Shown here: positions 62,553-64,000 of the stretch, in pieces
How the letters are laid out: every line of letters begins with the position of its first letter
Position numbering within the stretch: position 1 is the first letter of the stretch
Assembly (NCBI GenBank): GCA_951804945.1
Contig: OX638155.1
Span: forward strand, 51,832,001 to 51,896,000
DNA length: 64,000 nucleotides
Reading direction: 5' to 3'
Source: Podarcis cretensis
Lineage: Eukaryota
Position numbers and translations under genes: made by a program
The notes under the pieces: generated by a model
The model's input: only the letters and a program-made list of their open reading frames with translations
The model's database searches: none
What the model was told of the DNA's origin: nothing

Positions 62553-63544
62553 GTAACTAGTATCACTCTTCTCTCAAGTAAGTATTCTGTTAGTCTAGAT
62601 CTCTGGTCAGCAGGTGGTTTTACAGGCAGGATGAACTGGTTGTGTGTGAAGGAGAGAAATGTTCAAGCCCAAAGCGGACTGTTGCCAAATTCAGACATCC
62701 TTCTCTTCCCTCCTCTCCTTTCCGCTACCTAGAATTGGGCACAGAGACTAGTGTGTAGCATTAGTTCTCCTACTGCGAGATCCTTCTATTGCTGGCATGT
62801 TCCTGTGGGTCTCCCTTTCCTATTCTCTTGCTTTTTTACTTTGTAATGCAACTGGCAAGGCAAGCAGGGGCTTAAGTGAGACGAGTTTCTGCGTTTGCTT
62901 GTGTACTTCAGTTTCTCCACACCAAGAGTCTGCCTCCCATATTTTTCCTCTCCCTTAAGAAACCGAGAGAGGCTAGCAGTTTTGGAACCTATGGTACCCC
63001 TCAAGGACCAGACTGAACCCATGCACTGCCAGTTTCTGACCTTTAGTCTAGTACAGAGGTGCTCAAACTCCCCCACTCCCCGGCCACTTGAAAATTGTTG
63101 ATGGTTTTGGTGGATCACTTAATGATTTTTGTTCCTGTTGTAGCAATTGTAACAGCTGTGTTAGATGTTATATGAATGTTAATAGTATTTTTAGTATTTC
63201 TTTTCTTTCTTGTATTGTATTGCATTGCATTACAGTTTGCATTCCATAGAATATAAGAAAGAAAAAAGGCAATTAAAATGAAATTAAAAATCAATATGGA
63301 TATTTAATATCAGCATCTAAATGAAGGTGACCCACAGACCATAGTTCAGGAACACCTAGTCTAGTGGAATGATTTCATCTGAAAGCTGGCACTTTTAAAT
63401 TTAAGTACCATCTAAAACACATGCGCAACCTTGCAGGTTGCTACATGCATTAACTAGTCAATTCAAGCCATCACTCAGAATTATCCCCAGTTATAATTCT
63501 CTAATTTGCAGGTTTTAATTTGCTGCTTTCAAAGGTGCTTTTAA

Positions 63545-63765
63545 TGTATCGTATTTCTAGCCCACCTGTCCTTCAAAGAGCTGAAGGTGTTATGCACAGT
63601 ACACCCCCCTCCTTTCCCTTCAAAAAGACCCTTGTGAGATACGTTAGGCTGAGGGTTGGGGGCTGGTGCAAGGCCACCCAATGAGCTTAATGGCTGAGTG
63701 GCAACTTGAAGCTGGATCTTGCAAGTCCTAAACCAACATTCTGTTCATTGCAGCACACTGGCTCT
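63545..63765 (-). mobile_element. Degraded Squam3/MIR-like SINE
   Basis: ttgtgag...aggctgag...caaggccaccca core; cacactggctct head. Confidence 0.6.
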
Positions 63766-64000
63766 CCCACATACTGACTATTTCCACGTGGTAGTTATGC
63801 GTATTACAGAAATTATAGAAATGATAGTTTCTATAGAAACTAGCATTTCCGCAGCAGAACTCGAGCAATGTGTACAGCTCAGTATGTTCTTGTACACCTC
63901 CATGCTTTTACTCCACCTGTACATTATAAGTGCCAAGTCACAACCTATGCTTGCTAAGCAGTACTGGTAAAGTTACCAACCTGAAGAGGAGTGTATCATA

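Larger units (their letters stand above)
5186..62577 (+). other. DTNA: Alpha-dystrobrevin gene span (partial: 5' exons and last 3'UTR exon outside window)
   Basis: Phase-compatible GT-AG exons splice into a protein closely matching vertebrate alpha-dystrobrevin as recalled: EF-hand region, ZZ finger, syntrophin-binding sites, coiled coils, Tyr-containing alpha-DB1 tail ending VSLQG*. That tail distinguishes it from DTNB. Confidence 0.98.

Noticed and set aside
1-64000. CRISPR arrays, operons, rRNA genes or prokaryotic defence systems
   Set aside because: The sequence is intron-rich vertebrate DNA; no regularly spaced repeats or such genes were seen.

Overview
Eukaryotic (vertebrate) genomic DNA, not prokaryotic. 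The repeat content (Sauria SINEs, Squam2/Squam3-like SINEs, CR1, L2, L1 and Rex1 fragments, many hAT and Tc1/mariner MITEs) points to a squamate reptile, probably a lacertid lizard (inference). The whole window lies inside the + strand alpha-dystrobrevin gene (DTNA). I traced the GT-AG coding exons by hand, from the EF-hand region (LHLVDIWNV..., 5186) to the alpha-DB1 stop (...VSLQG*, 62552). They include exons the ORF track misses: the 9-nt DTW microexon, three cassette exons in the syntrophin-binding region, and the 21-nt EEELKQG exon with its alpha-DB2 read-through terminus. The first coding exons and the last 3'UTR exon are outside the window. The most unexpected observation is a diverged 0.8-1 kb block present twice, about 17 kb apart in two DTNA introns (~40965-41740 and ~58303-59285). 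On the antisense strand it shows short GT-AG introns and a reading frame with several silent differences between copies. It looks like the relic of an unidentified intron-containing gene or DNA transposon nested in DTNA. All coordinates were counted by hand; repeat family names are from recall, not a database search.
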